Positions 28,974 through 42,704 of a DNA stretch of 64,000 nucleotides are shown piece after piece. The DNA is from Eledone cirrhosa (taxonomy: Eukaryota). The notes beneath the pieces are model-generated. The model saw nothing but the letters and a program-made list of their open reading frames with translations. It was not told where the DNA came from and did no database searches. The DNA lies in NCBI GenBank assembly GCA_964016885.1, contig OZ024748.1, positions 5,828,001 to 5,892,000 on the forward strand. Reading direction: 5' to 3'. A program made the translations under genes and the position numbers. Every line of letters begins with the position of its first letter. Within the stretch, counting starts at the first letter, position 1.

Positions 28974-29306
28974 GGTGTGTGTATATATATGGATGTAATT
29001 ATGAATGTATGCATATTTGCATGTATGTATGTATATATGTATATATGTATGCATGTATATATGTATATAACTCCATATGTGCTAGTCTTTGTTTAGTTTA
29101 GTCAACAGGTTACTATATTTTTTTCAATTTATTTTTAATTCGTTTATTACTTGGTTTCGATTTCAATGTTTTATATGGTTTCGTCTTTTTGATTAGCCCT
29201 GTCCCCTGTTAATATACGTAAATAGTCAACAACAAACAACCAGCATATTTCTGTTTATTTAGCTCATCTGATCTTTTAAACAGTTTGTCGTGCATTTACT
29301 TGCATG

Positions 29307-29405
<99 letters not shown>

Positions 29406-29454
29406 AATGTGTGTATGTTTTTAAGTATATATAAAATTAGACGCATGTATATCA

Positions 29455-29496
<42 letters not shown>

Positions 29497-29561
29497 TTAT
29501 ATTTATATACATTTGTGTGAGCGTGTGCCTGTGTTTGTTTTTAGCGTCATTATATGGATGA

Positions 29562-29615
<54 letters not shown>

Positions 29616-29722
29616 TATATACATATATACAAATATATATGTGTATTCATTTGTTTGTACATCTCTATCTATCTTCCCATTGATGTTTTTCTTTCGTGAG
29701 CTTTTATGAGATAATTATATAG

Positions 29723-30043
<321 letters not shown>

Positions 30044-30255
30044 TACATATACATGTACATATAATGTATAGATATATGTATATGTATACATACATAAATA
30101 TATATATAAATACATATACATGTATATATATATGTGTATATATGCATGTATATATATATATTGCTTTATATATATACATTTATGCATATATACATAAATA
30201 TATATATAAATACATATACATGTATATATATGTGTATATATACATGTATATATAT

Positions 30256-30471
30256 ATTGCTTTATATCTGGAGATCTCTCTGCACTTGTCGTCACATGGT
30301 ACCATGGGCCCAGCACTATGTGTCAATAATTGTCACAAATGTAGTGTTTGTACCAGAGTTTTCAAGTCGCTGGCTGGACTAAAAAGTCACACTCGTTCAG
30401 CGCATCGGCAGGGGTTCTCCTACATGGATATAAAGTAGTGGCCGTACTCGAAAACGAGTTGGCAGCCACCA

Positions 30472-30474
<3 letters not shown>
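30256..30474 (+). mobile_element. 3' fragment of an RTE(BovB-like) retroelement encoding a terminal C2H2 zinc finger
   Basis: Translates to HKCSVCTRVFKSLAGLKSHTRSAH (C-x2-C-x12-H-x4-H) and ends CCACCACCA(TA)n. Nearly identical to the 3' part of 57333-57918. Confidence 0.7.
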
Positions 30475-30527
<53 letters not shown>

Positions 30528-30902
30528 ATATAATATTGTGTGAAATATATAGCAAAGTGGCGAATACAAGGTACTCCACCCGACCTATATCTTAAGTTAT
30601 ATACCTGTAATTATTTTGATATTTACAGACGTGATAATCAACCACACTACCATGCTTGTCTTCACAGATCCAGAGTGTCTAGATCCATTTTAATCAGCAG
30701 AATTACGGAGCATTAATCGAACAGTGAACTTGAAACTTAAAATAACCGTAAATACATGCATACATGCCTATGTCCATTTAAATATATACGTACATATACA
30801 CCCACATCTATACACGCAAGTATATATGTGTATAGACATGTGAAATCACATTCAACTACATATGCTTATATATCATGAAAAATATAAGGTTGCATGCAAA
30901 AG

Positions 30903-30949
<47 letters not shown>

Positions 30950-30994
30950 GATATTAACAAATGGAAACTATATTTATAAAACCATATTTATTTC

Positions 30995-31050
30995 ATTATA
31001 CATATTTCAAGGATACCAAGTTAAATTATGGTATGCCTTCATCAGACAAA
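30995..31050 (-). ncRNA. Hammerhead-like motif (decayed stem I)
   Basis: The minus strand reads CTGATGA-AGG(C)ATACCA TAATTTAACT TGGTATCCT-T-GAAA-TATG-TA. Confidence 0.5.
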
Positions 31051-31127
31051 ATACAATATATACCAGTTTTATAAATAAATATTGACGTACCCTTTCAAAA
31101 TGCGACCGTTACTTTTGGAAGACATCA

Positions 31128-31170
<43 letters not shown>

Positions 31171-32209
31171 TATACATAATTACATATTTTCTTACATACA
31201 CTCAGAAATTCATACAAACATTTATATAGTCAATCATCCCTCCCTCCATCCATCCATACATATATATATATATAATACATTCATACATACATAGAGACAA
31301 CCATACATCCATACATACATACACACATACATACACACATACATTAATCATAATTCTCGACTGAAGTGAAAAATCTCGAAAATATTTCTAAAGCTGATCC
31401 CACTTGGTAAATTTATGTGTCAGCCTGTTTTCCCTGTCTGAAGACACTTTAAGCAAGCTGTTCCAAATGTCGATATAATAATTTACAGTTGGTGTGGAGT
31501 GGAGGAGCCAAGAGGTGATGTTATGTAGAGAGGGAGGGACTCTCTAAGGGCTGATAGACTGAAGAAGGGCACCAGCAGGCAATGTAGATAATGGGGTAGG
31601 TTTCTAGGGGTCTATTTGTTTTAAAGTCACGGGACAATCCTTCTCAAGTGCTTTAAACAGCAGGGTATTTTTCGAGCCTGCTGCATCTGTTAAACGGATG
31701 TCAGTACCTTCCCTTCCACCTCTCAAATGATTGGGCTTGTTTTTAGGGGTTTGGATGACAGACAAGAAAACCCATGACATTTTTCTAACTTTGTTCCAAA
31801 TATATTTCCATATACCTTCAATAACTCTACTTAATCCCCATTCGCACGTTATTATTTGGGTAGGTATTGGATTGTCGCAATCGGTAGAGCATCAGGCAAT
31901 TACATTAAAATATTTTTTACTTGTTATTCTTTATTTTCTACTTTCTACTTTTTATTCTTTAACTTGAGAATGACATCAGCAGGTATTTTATATAATAAGT
32001 TTAGAGTCTCCTTAAGGCCTAAACTTCGCATTTTATTCTTCGTATCTTTGTGGAAATAGAGGAATAAGCCAGTCATATATATCGAAGCATCAGCGACCCA
32101 CAGAAAACAGCCGAAGGGCGGGCATTGTCCTTACGTTTGTGTTTCCCTTACGTTTTCTAAACAATATTTATTAGTAACCACACAGCACCTTTGTCAATTT
32201 TAATTCATA

Positions 32210-32250
<41 letters not shown>

Positions 32251-32254
<4 letters not shown>

Positions 32255-32405
32255 ATGTAAAACTGCACTATCCACAAGTGTTTTTAACCTTCATATCATG
32301 TCTTCCTATTTTATCTGATGAAAACACAAATGTTATTGAATGATGATATTTATTTTTGAAATGCGCATAATAAAATACATGGAACTCATTTAACCATCTT
32401 TTGAT

Positions 32406-32408
<3 letters not shown>
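32251..32408 (+). mobile_element. ~160-bp hammerhead-bearing element within (TA)n (family C); second copy at 59010-59168
   Basis: Both copies start GTTGAT.. and end ..CCATCTTTTGAT, flanked by TA-rich repeats. Confidence 0.75.
32307..32377 (+). ncRNA. Type-I minimal hammerhead ribozyme with intact catalytic core
   Basis: TATTTTAT-CTGATGA-[AAACAC AAATGTTATT GAAT GATGATATTT ATTTTT]-GAA-ATGCGCAT-A-ATAAAATA. This gives a perfect 8-bp stem I, a 10-bp stem II with G-U pairs, a palindromic stem III, and predicted cleavage after AUA at 32369. Confidence 0.8.
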
Positions 32409-32448
<40 letters not shown>

Positions 32449-33064
32449 GAGTGAATAACCCCGCCAGCTGGTACCAGCCAAGCAATGGTGTCGATATATA
32501 CAGTCGACTAACATCTCCCAACACATGTTTAGTTTTGTTTGCATATGTCACAAATCTCTTTTAAAATTATTACTCATTTACTTGGCTATGGCCATGCTGG
32601 GGTATATTATTCCCTGTTGTTTCACTATACACAACTCTTCCTTCTCTGCTTACTTGAGTTTTGATGGATGAGGGATGCGGATGATGTGGCCCACATTTGA
32701 GTTCCTTGACGGGAAAAATACTGTTTCTGTTATATTTGTCGTTGCTCTTGTAAATTTTGACATGTAAATCATTATATCTATGATATAGTTACTATGTTAT
32801 ATTTTGTTTTTCTATAAGTTTAGTTTCAGATTTGTGGCAATGGGGACTTCCATATAATGTATAATTCAGTGTCCTGTTTAGTGTCACTATTAATGACATA
32901 TCTAACTATTATAGATGATATATATTCATACAAACACACACAGTCACACACATACAAGCACAAACACACAGAGGTACATATACAAGAACAAATAAGCACA
33001 CACATATACGCACACAAACAGGCACTCACAGCCACACAAAAACATGTGTATAAACAAGGTTAAG

Positions 33065-33200
33065 AAAAGTTCTTTCCCGACAATTAAGCTACGGTTTCGA
33101 TCTCAGAGCGTGGCATTTTGAGCAGAGCTTAACATAGCTTCAGTTTGGCCTATAGATTTCGAGTGAAATTTGGTTGACGGAATCTATTTAGAAGCCCGTC
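33065..33200 (+). mobile_element. Decayed SINE, family 3
   Basis: B-box-like GGTTTCGATCTC and 3' GAAGCCCGTC. Homologous to 2315-2470. Confidence 0.45.
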
Positions 33201-33493
33201 AGATTGACGGGCCATGTGATCTAAAGGGCCAAACCAGTCACGGTCTATTGGACTACTGGAATACTCAACGCTAAAACCCCCAAAAGCCCACCGAGGTCCA
33301 TTCCAGATGTGTGTGTGTGTGTATGCTCAGTGTAAATATATATGCATTCAACATGGTGATTTTCGAGTTATGGTGCAACGGTTAACCATTCAAGGGTGTG
33401 AAGGGATGGGGGAGAATGGGAGAAGTGTTATTGAATTAAATACTAGAGAGTTTTACGTTCATCAAAGAATGATGTGTGGTATGTTGTGATATG

Positions 33494-33610
<117 letters not shown>

Positions 33611-33616
33611 CCTAAT

Positions 33617-33690
<74 letters not shown>

Positions 33691-33764
33691 TACATATATA
33701 TATATATACACACATACACAGACACACTCACACATGTATATACATATATATGCATGTATATATA

Positions 33765-33812
33765 TCGAGAGACAGAGAAAAAGGGAGAGAGAGAGAGAGA
33801 CAGAGAGAGGGT

Positions 33813-33907
<95 letters not shown>

Positions 33908-33915
33908 TGAGAGAG
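33765..33915. repeat. (GA)n microsatellite
   Basis: Direct reading. Confidence 0.95.
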
Positions 33916-34864
33916 ATGGAGGTGAGCGTTATATAACCATATGCTTCCGGTTTAGCTCATTATTTATGCATATATGTTAAAAACGACATAGCTTTGGTCT
34001 CAAATGGAACTTCATATTGAATTTACGTCACGCATGATCACCGCTCTGTTGATGGCGGATTGTCGAATGCTTACTCTGGTTATTGTATTTTCATATTCTT
34101 ATACTCTCGTTCTCCTCTTATCCTGATACACTTATATTAGGCTAAACATGGAGGCTTGATGCTGTTGTGATTTCTTTAGTTGATGATGGTGTTGATGTTA
34201 TTGAGCTTATTGTAGACTTACTGCTGTGGTTTGTATTGTTGCTGGTGTTATTGTTGTTGATGTTTCTGCTTCTAATAGTTGTTGTTGTTGTGGAACTGCT
34301 TATAGTTTTTTTTTGTATTGCTGCTGGTGTTGTTGATGCTGTTGATAGGTGTTGTTCTTGTGCTTGATGTTGTAGAACAACATTTAGTCTGCTTGTTGTT
34401 GTTTTATATGTTGGTATTGTTGAAGTTGTTCTTGCTCTGATTGTCTTTGTTTATGTTGTGGGTTTGGTTGTAAATGATACTTGTTTGTTTTCGCTGTTGT
34501 TACTGTTTAGTTAAGATTGTTCTATGTTGCTGTGTTGAGCTATAAAATGTCTTCCCGCCGTGACCATGCTGTGTTTATTTGTGGTTGTTGTACTTCTTGC
34601 TGTTTAACTCCAGTTTTGATTTGATTGAGAAGTGTGAAGACCAACCCTATGCCAGCTTTAATCTTTCACTTGTTTTTACCATTAGATAAGGATCATGCTG
34701 CGACACCGACTTGATTTAGTCGATCATATCGACCCAATATATTTTTTTCAAGGTCGATGCGTACTTCTTCGATATATTTTTTTCTTTGTTGAACCACGAA
34801 GTTACGTGAAATAATCACAGACATAAACGTAAACAGAGTTACAGTCACACACAGACACACACAC

Positions 34865-34895
<31 letters not shown>

Positions 34896-35068
34896 GACAT
34901 ATATATGTATACATATATAGATATATATAGAGCTAAGCTCGGCGGGATTTGACACCGTATATATAATATATATTGCTGGTATGTATCCATGTATAAGAAT
35001 CTATGGATGTGAGTGTTTAGTGTATGTATATGGCTATCTAATTGACTGTGTGTATGTGTATGTTTGTA

Positions 35069-35102
<34 letters not shown>

Positions 35103-35445
35103 AATGTGAATTTCTGACTGTGTGAGGTTTGATATATGTGTCTATATGTGTATATTTAGGTCCATATGAATATCTGTCTATCTCTGTAGGTATATGGGTA
35201 TGTCTATAAGTGTGTGACATTCTATGTATATGTCTGTGTCAGTAGGTGTCTCTGTCTATGTGTTAGGACTTGTAAATATAAACGAAAACATAGGGATTAC
35301 ATCAAACAGAAAACAAAATTACTCGATTATCCAAACACAAACTATATAAAATTTACCTTTACATTCACACATACTTATTTATAACGAGAGATTGGGAGTT
35401 ACCAATTTAGACTAGTAGAATGTATATATATATACATATATATAA

Positions 35446-35543
<98 letters not shown>

Positions 35544-35623
35544 GTATGTACATATACATATATACATAATTGTATAACAAGAGACAGAAAGAAAGAGAGT
35601 GAGAGAGGTGAGCGATATATATA

Positions 35624-35666
<43 letters not shown>

Positions 35667-36122
35667 GCACATCCACACACGCACACATATTATATATACC
35701 ATAAAAACACACCTACACATTTACACAAAAACAAAAGACAGGCGCAAACAGGACACGCACAGACAAACCAATACATATACATAGACACAGTATTTACAAG
35801 AAACAAACACCCCAATATAAATATATGTTAATAGATCCATTCAGCCATATAGTGACACAGTAAACATTGGAAACGTCGAAACTATATACATAATATATTA
35901 TATTATATTTATTTACACATGAATATGTTTCTGTGAAATGGTGTGTCTAATATACCTGGAAGTTTAAAGGTATATATATACACTCCTGCTTCACACTTGT
36001 TTACATTTTATTATATATGTATGGGTGTATGTATGTATGTACATACATACCATACACACACAGACACATCTATAAATATATATATATATATGTATGTGTG
36101 TGTATATATCTCTATATATACT

Positions 36123-36198
<76 letters not shown>

Positions 36199-36607
36199 TA
36201 CATATATGTATGTGTGAGTGTGTATGTCTGTGCGTGCTAGTATATACGTTAAAATATCTCGAACAAACAAAATAAATAGCTAAAGAACCCAGTATCAACA
36301 GCAGCCATGCTACTCTTCACCACCACCACCACCAACAACAACATAACTACCACCACCACCTCTACCAACACCACTACCACCAACAACAACAACACCACCA
36401 ACAACAACACCACCAACAACAACACCACCGACACTACTACCACCAACACCACTAGCACCAACAACAACACCAACAACAACTATATACGTCATGACCAAGA
36501 AATGGTATGAATATTGTCGATTCTTCTGGCTTCTACTGCATATCAACAAACCAGTTTTGGTTCCATGTATTGCAGGAAGCATCGTAGACTTTATAGACTA
36601 CCTTGGG

Positions 36608-36677
<70 letters not shown>

Positions 36678-36678
<1 letters not shown>

Positions 36679-36880
36679 GATAAATCTACCAAGAGTTTAC
36701 GGTAGTGTCCAATCCGTATGAAGAACTCAATGTATTCCGGATATCATGGAAAGAAGAGATGTAATGAAAATCCACTGCATACCAATTATAACACATGTAT
36801 GCCCTAGAAACGATCGTTAAATAGTGAACTTTTTTTGTTTAATATAAGGAATTGTTTGTTCATTATTTGTTTAATATTTT
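36678..36880. mobile_element. Rearranged copy of the family-D hammerhead element
   Basis: The 5' block AAATC.ACCAA..GGTAG.GTC.AA.CCGTATGAAGAACTCAATGTA.TCCG is shared with 38078-38140. The 3' block CCTAGAAACGATCGTTAAATAGTGA resembles 38516-38540. Confidence 0.6.
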
Positions 36881-37059
36881 ATATATATATATATATATAT
36901 ACATACATACATATGTGTGTCTGTTTGCCTGTGTGTATACACATATATTTATATATAAAGTCTAAAGTCTTCGTTAAGCCAGAAGGCTTGTTAGTCTGGT
37001 GTTATCCCAGTTTCATGGCGTAAAACGACTGTGAGTGCAGTCTGCTCACGTTTAAACCC

Positions 37060-37208
37060 CATGCTATTGCTGGTACTCATTTTAAGCTGATTATACTGGA
37101 GCAACTTGAAATGTAGTGTTATGCTCAAGAACACATCACGCAACCCAGTCTAAGAATCGAACCCACAACATCATGATCTTAAGACAAACACCTTTACCAC
37201 GCGCCTCC
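37060..37208 (-). mobile_element. CORE-type SINE (family 2)
   Basis: ACTGGAGCAAC.TGAAATG.AGTGTT..GCTCAAGAACAC...GAATCGAACCCAC (reverse-complemented B box). Confidence 0.7.
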
Positions 37209-37219
37209 AATATTTGTAT

Positions 37220-37610
37220 ATCAGTAGAATGTCGGAAAACATGCTTAGCAGCACATAGTCATGGCCCTTTAGGTTCCTAGTTCAAATTTAAATTCCGTCG
37301 TGGTTAGCTTTTATCCTTAGGCGTCGATAAAATAAAGTACCAGTAACACACTGGGCTCGATTTAATTCACTTTCCTCTCCACAAATTTGTTGACCATGTG
37401 CCTAAATCAGAAACCATTATTATAATCAACAGAATCGGTAGAGAGTCGGACGCCATGCTTTCCAGCATAGTTACGTCTCTTTACGGTCTGAATTCAAATC
37501 TCGCCGAGGTTAACTTTGCCTTTCATCCTTACGGGGTCGATAAAATAAAGTACCAGTAATACACTGGAATAATTGTTGGCTTTGTGCCAAAAGTTGAAAC
37601 AATTATTATT
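37220..37610 (+). mobile_element. Head-to-tail dimer of SINE family 1
   Basis: Two bodies, each with GTCGATAAAATAAAGTACCAG and an ATTATT tail. Confidence 0.8.
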
Positions 37611-37711
37611 ATCAACTCAATCACCACCATTATCATCATCATCATGCTCATTTCAATCATGACCATCACTAACATGTTCAACATCATCGTTGTCATTGTC
37701 ATCAGAAATGC

Positions 37712-37746
<35 letters not shown>

Positions 37747-38224
37747 GTATCATCGTCATCATAAATGCCATTATCATCATCATCACCATGAGTAATAAGG
37801 TGAAAACATGCTCATGTTTAACCAAGTGTTTATTCCGTTGTGTCAGACAACGATCAATCAAGTTCCATTTTAGAGCAATGATGACAGCGTTGGTAAGATC
37901 CACGTCCATGTTTAGTGTGTATGTATGTGTATATATCAACATGTGTATATGTGAGTCTGTTTTACTGTATGTATATATACACACCCACACATATATATAT
38001 GCATATATATGTATATGGAAACATGTGTACCAATTTAATCAAGTACTATATAATATCATATATATATATATATACAGATAAATCCACCAATCAATGGTAG
38101 GGTCTAAACCGTATGAAGAACTCAATGTAATCCGTATGTAGAAGATGTCGTAAAGCAAAGTTTAAAATACAAAAATGTTCAACGATATAATTCAATTGGA
38201 TACAGAGTGAAAATAGAAATAAAA

Positions 38225-38585
38225 AAAAAATGAAATTAAACACAAAACTGTTAATTCATAGTAAAACTCATTATTTTACGATCGTTTCTGGGGGTAGTTC
38301 CCTGTATGTTCATTCAATTATTGATTTATGTAAAACATATTACAAAATATCATAGTAAGAAAAAAATAGATACGTCTTCACTACCCACCGTCTTCATTAT
38401 TTCTGAAGACGGCGGGTAGTGAAGACGTATCTATTTTTTTCTTACTATTATATTTTGTAATATGTTTTACATAAATCAATAATTGAATGAACATACAGGG
38501 ATCTACCCCCCCCCCCCCAGAAACGATCGTATAATAATGAGTTTTACTATGAATTAACAGTTTTATGTTTAATTTCATTGTTTTA
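38225..38585. repeat. Long near-perfect palindrome (arms ~170 bp) of a family-D hammerhead element
   Basis: 38227-38396 is reverse-complementary to ~38404-38580, with a 7-nt centre TTATTTC. Confidence 0.9.
38395..38540 (+). ncRNA. Type-I hammerhead with ~90-nt expansion in stem II
   Basis: CATTATTT-CTGAAGA-C-GGCGGGTAG...[~90 nt]...CTACCCCCC..-A-GAA-ACGATCGT-A-(T/A)AATAATG. The left arm gives GTA-AAATAATG, a perfect 8-bp complement of CATTATTT. Confidence 0.7.
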
Positions 38586-38586
38586 A

Positions 38587-38645
<59 letters not shown>

Positions 38646-38657
38646 TTATATATATAT

Positions 38658-39009
38658 ATAAACGTTTGTATATGTATAATAAAGCCAAAACAATGCAGGT
38701 ATGGACATAGAATAAAGAATGCAAATGCAAAAGATATTGTTGACAATTAGTCTTTTAACTTAGATTTATTTAAGTGTCCTTAATTTTCGAGATAATATCT
38801 CTTCTTCGGAGGGAAGTAAAGCGGTTAAACCAGTGTTCTAAATAGCTTGCCAAGTCATGAAGAAGAGATATTATCTCGAAAATTAAGGACACTTAAATAA
38901 ATCTAAGGTAAAAGACTAATTGTCAACAATATCTTTTGAATTTGCATTCTTTATTCTATGTCCATACCTGCATTGTTTTGGCTGTATTATACATATACAA
39001 ACGTTTATA
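38658..39009. repeat. Long near-perfect palindrome (arms ~150 bp, spacer ~50 nt); each arm begins with a minimal hammerhead-like motif (family E)
   Basis: Arms are 38660-38807 and 38859-39006. The motif is (C)YGAAGA-A-GAGAT ATT ATCTC-GAA-AATT-A-AGG, with upstream CCT pairing to AGG on the minus-strand copy. Confidence 0.85.
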
Positions 39010-39049
39010 CCTCATTACACAATGCTTCAAGTGAACTTTAACTTCCGCC

Positions 39050-39080
<31 letters not shown>

Positions 39081-39411
39081 GATCCACAGTATGTCATCGA
39101 ACTTATTTCAGCGATCTCCAGCCATTGCCCACTCAAGAGTTAGTAAGCATAGAATTGCAAGTTATCATACAGAGTACACACCATTAATTAATTAGAGAGT
39201 AAGATTACACTGTTTTGGTAATGACTCCTGTATAGCTGTATCTCTATCTGTATATATGTGTGTGTGTGTTTGTGGCATATTTATATTTACAAACCATCGT
39301 CCTCGCATCAGTTTAACTGAAGGAAAACATAATTAATCTTGAGTTTAATTAAGATGAATGCTCTTTATCGCTTAAAATTGTCACTTATACATACCCGTCC
39401 GCATACACACA

Positions 39412-39473
<62 letters not shown>

Positions 39474-39484
39474 TATATATATAT

Positions 39485-39692
39485 AACAAAGAAGGTGTAG
39501 TAAGATACCATTTGGACCATAATGACCCAGAGTACTCGACACTTAGGGTTGTAGTGTGGATAATATGAAAAGAGTCAGGACCCCAACGGTTGAGCTCCGG
39601 CCGTTTCGACAGCTAGATCCGAACTCCGAACAGTTAGGATCTAGCTGCCGAAACGGCCGGAGCTCAGCAGCCGAGGTCCTGACTCCTTTCCT
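39485..39692. mobile_element. Hairpin family A, old full copy
   Basis: Long arm from AACAAAGAAGGTGTAGTAAG and inverted arms around GAACTCCGAACAGTTA. Core variants are CTGTCGA and CTGCCGA. Confidence 0.8.
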
Positions 39693-42078
39693 ATATACAT
39701 ATATATACTCTGCGTTTGCGGTTCGGGGATCGAGAAGAAATGTCGAGGGAGGCTCTAATTATATTTTGGTGCAGGGTAGGCATATAGCTAAAGTATAAAC
39801 CCAACGGAGGCTCCACTCCATCTCAGTTAACTCACAAGTTCTGACATATTAAATCTACACTACATTCCACTGTATTTCTTCAAAGGTCCAGCTTCGATTC
39901 ATACCGTATCACAATTCTATTAAGACTATACATGACTAAGAAATAATCAATCAATTACATATAAGTGTAAGTGTGAGTACCACGTCCAATTTATCGAACA
40001 GTTAGAAAACTCATCATAAGGGTCGGATTTAGTCATTTTGAGGCCCTAGCGCTGAAATATTACACCTACACTACATCTTGAGAATATCTATTATATGAAA
40101 AATATATGTACATATATATTTGTATTTTTTAAATATTATATGTATACATATATACATATATATATATATATAGTTCTTTTCATATCTTTTATTTACTGCC
40201 GGCCCTCTGTTTGTGTACATTGGTTCAGGTAAATACAACAATGGTGCGTCTCTTTTCTTATTGCACCAATCATATACCTATTTTGCTTAATAGTTAATCC
40301 AACCTGCTCATCATTGAAACCGACTGGACGTCTATCATTAAAAAGAAACACGAGATGGTCATGATTACAAACTTTTTGATCATAGGTCTGCTGTATCAGG
40401 GCTGATCTGGTATTAAATATGCAGAACAACGTATTATATTGGAAAGTTGGCTTATTCGATTTCTTCTATGGAAGAGACGGCTTTACGTCGTCTAGTCATA
40501 TCTAATCGATATTTGGCAGCTTAGAAGGATTTAGTACCAATGCCTTTATATTCTTCTGTTGATGTTGTTAATGTTCGAGATCTATATATGATCTATTCCT
40601 TTTTCATATTGATTTTTTTGTGATAACACACAGGCGGCGGATTGGCTGAGTCGTTAGAGCGAAGAAGAAAATTCCTTGTGGTATTTCTCCCGGCTCACTG
40701 CTCTGCGCTTTGAGATCAAATTCAGGAGAGTTCCATTTCTCCTTTCATCCTTTACAGGGTCAGTAAATTAATAGACCAGTCAAAGTCGGTGGATTAGTGA
40801 ATTGTTTGAGAATTGTGTGAGATAACTTGCGGTATTTTGTCCAACTTTTTAGTAGCTGTTTAGTCAAATATTGCCGCTTCTACTTTCTAAAATAAGGTGC
40901 TTGGTTAATCGCTGCTACAGATATCACCGATTATCCGATACCTGAAAGTCCTTCTGTTCAGGTTGTCCACATGAATACCAAGCCACGCTCTAAGGCCGTC
41001 GGCACTCATATGTTCCCACTAACCCACTAAGGATGCTTTCTGGCCGTCTATCTATTGTAAAGTACCATGGGGTCTGGTAGCATTTCAGGTGACCGCAAAG
41101 AATTAAGATATTGGGGACAGTAGAAAAAGAGAAAAAACAAAACAAAACAAAACAAAACAGAGGGTTTTACCTCGAGTAAAGGAAAACAAACAACAACAAA
41201 GGAAAAACATTAACTATAACAATACCAATAATTGTATGTCATAATAACAATACAAAACTATAAAAAATATCAGAATACAAGGAGGGGCTTGCAGTTTAGG
41301 GCGATTTCAAAAAAAACTCCACACAAAATCCTGGATTATTCTGTCATCCCACTAGCATTAAAGGTGCCCTCAACCAGTTTCTTTCACCCTGATTAAAAAG
41401 CCATAGTTAGAATAGGTCAATTTAGTCGAGTCAACCTAACCACACAGACCCATCTTTTATAAAACCCAGTAGAAGACAGCAACTCCCTCTCTACTCTAAT
41501 CTTGACGAAGTTGGTACTTGACGAAGTTGGTGAAGGCCTGGCAAAAGTGGAAGATTTTTGTCCTCAAACGTTCAAGTCGTGTCCATCATAAAGCTTCTTT
41601 TAATATAGCAAACAGGCAGAGAAATTATTGCTACACCTCCCTTATAATAACAATAATGATAATATTAATGATAATATTAATGATAATAATGATAATAATA
41701 ATAATTATAATGATAAAAACAAAAAAAAAATCATCATCAATAATTAGGATTAATTAATACTCGGCTCTGCTTTTTTTACTGAGGCGATAATTTTCTCGTT
41801 GAAGCGAATCGGCAACACAATTTTGATGAAATTGAACATCCATTACCTTTGCAAGTAGTCATCACCATCACCATCATTATCATAGTAATCATTAACAGAA
41901 CAGCAGCAACAACAACAACTTCATCCTCTTCTTCCACTTCCTTCTCATCATCATCATTATCAACATCGTAAACATATTGATGTTATCATTATTACATTTA
42001 TTTATAGAGATATCTATTTATAAATATATTTGTTTGTATCTTTGATGCTCTCTGGGCAAAAGTACTATTTACTGCTGT

Positions 42079-42131
<53 letters not shown>

Positions 42132-42259
42132 TAAATAATAATATGAAGTAGGAACTATGTAATAATTAATTATTAAATCTGAAATAAACCCATTTCTCTT
42201 CATTTCTGCCATTACTCAATTTTTTATTACTTCACTTCTATTTATTTCAGTGTTGCTGT

Positions 42260-42290
<31 letters not shown>

Positions 42291-42489
42291 CCAAGTACTA
42301 GTAACAAAATAGTTTGTACTTAATCAACTAACATATACCGTAAAATATGCCATAAAAATACACCAACAAAATACAGGAATTGATCTAGTAGATGTTATTA
42401 ATGTAAGAGTTTAGTTGTTATGTGTGCGGACCTGGTGTATATATGTGTATATGGGAGAGAATGTATGTCTCGTTTTATTATTAATCTAG

Positions 42490-42704
42490 GGCGGTGGATT
42501 GGCAGTATTGGTAGAGAGTCGGACACCATGCTTCGCAGTATAGAGTTAGGGCCGTTTACGGTCTGAGTTCAAATCCCGCCGGTGTTAACTTTGCCTTTCA
42601 TCCTTACGGGGTCGATAAAATAAAGTACCAGTAATGCACTGGGGTCGATTTTATCGACTGTCCCCTCCCCTAAAATTGCTGGTCTTGTGCCTAAAGTAGA
42701 AACA
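42490..42704 (+). mobile_element. SINE family 1, full length with 13-bp target-site duplication
   Basis: ATTATTAATCTAG occurs at 42477-42489 and 42705-42717. A and B boxes are intact. Confidence 0.92.

Noticed and set aside
30334-30410. C2H2 zinc-finger host gene exon
   Set aside because: A single finger inside a repeated element with a retroposon-like tail, and the second copy has lost both His codons.
40930-41120. Possible minus-strand exon (AG...CAG|GTATCG)
   Set aside because: Stops occur in all three frames. The peptide DRRPESILSG..RRP is more like a highly decayed RTE C-terminus.
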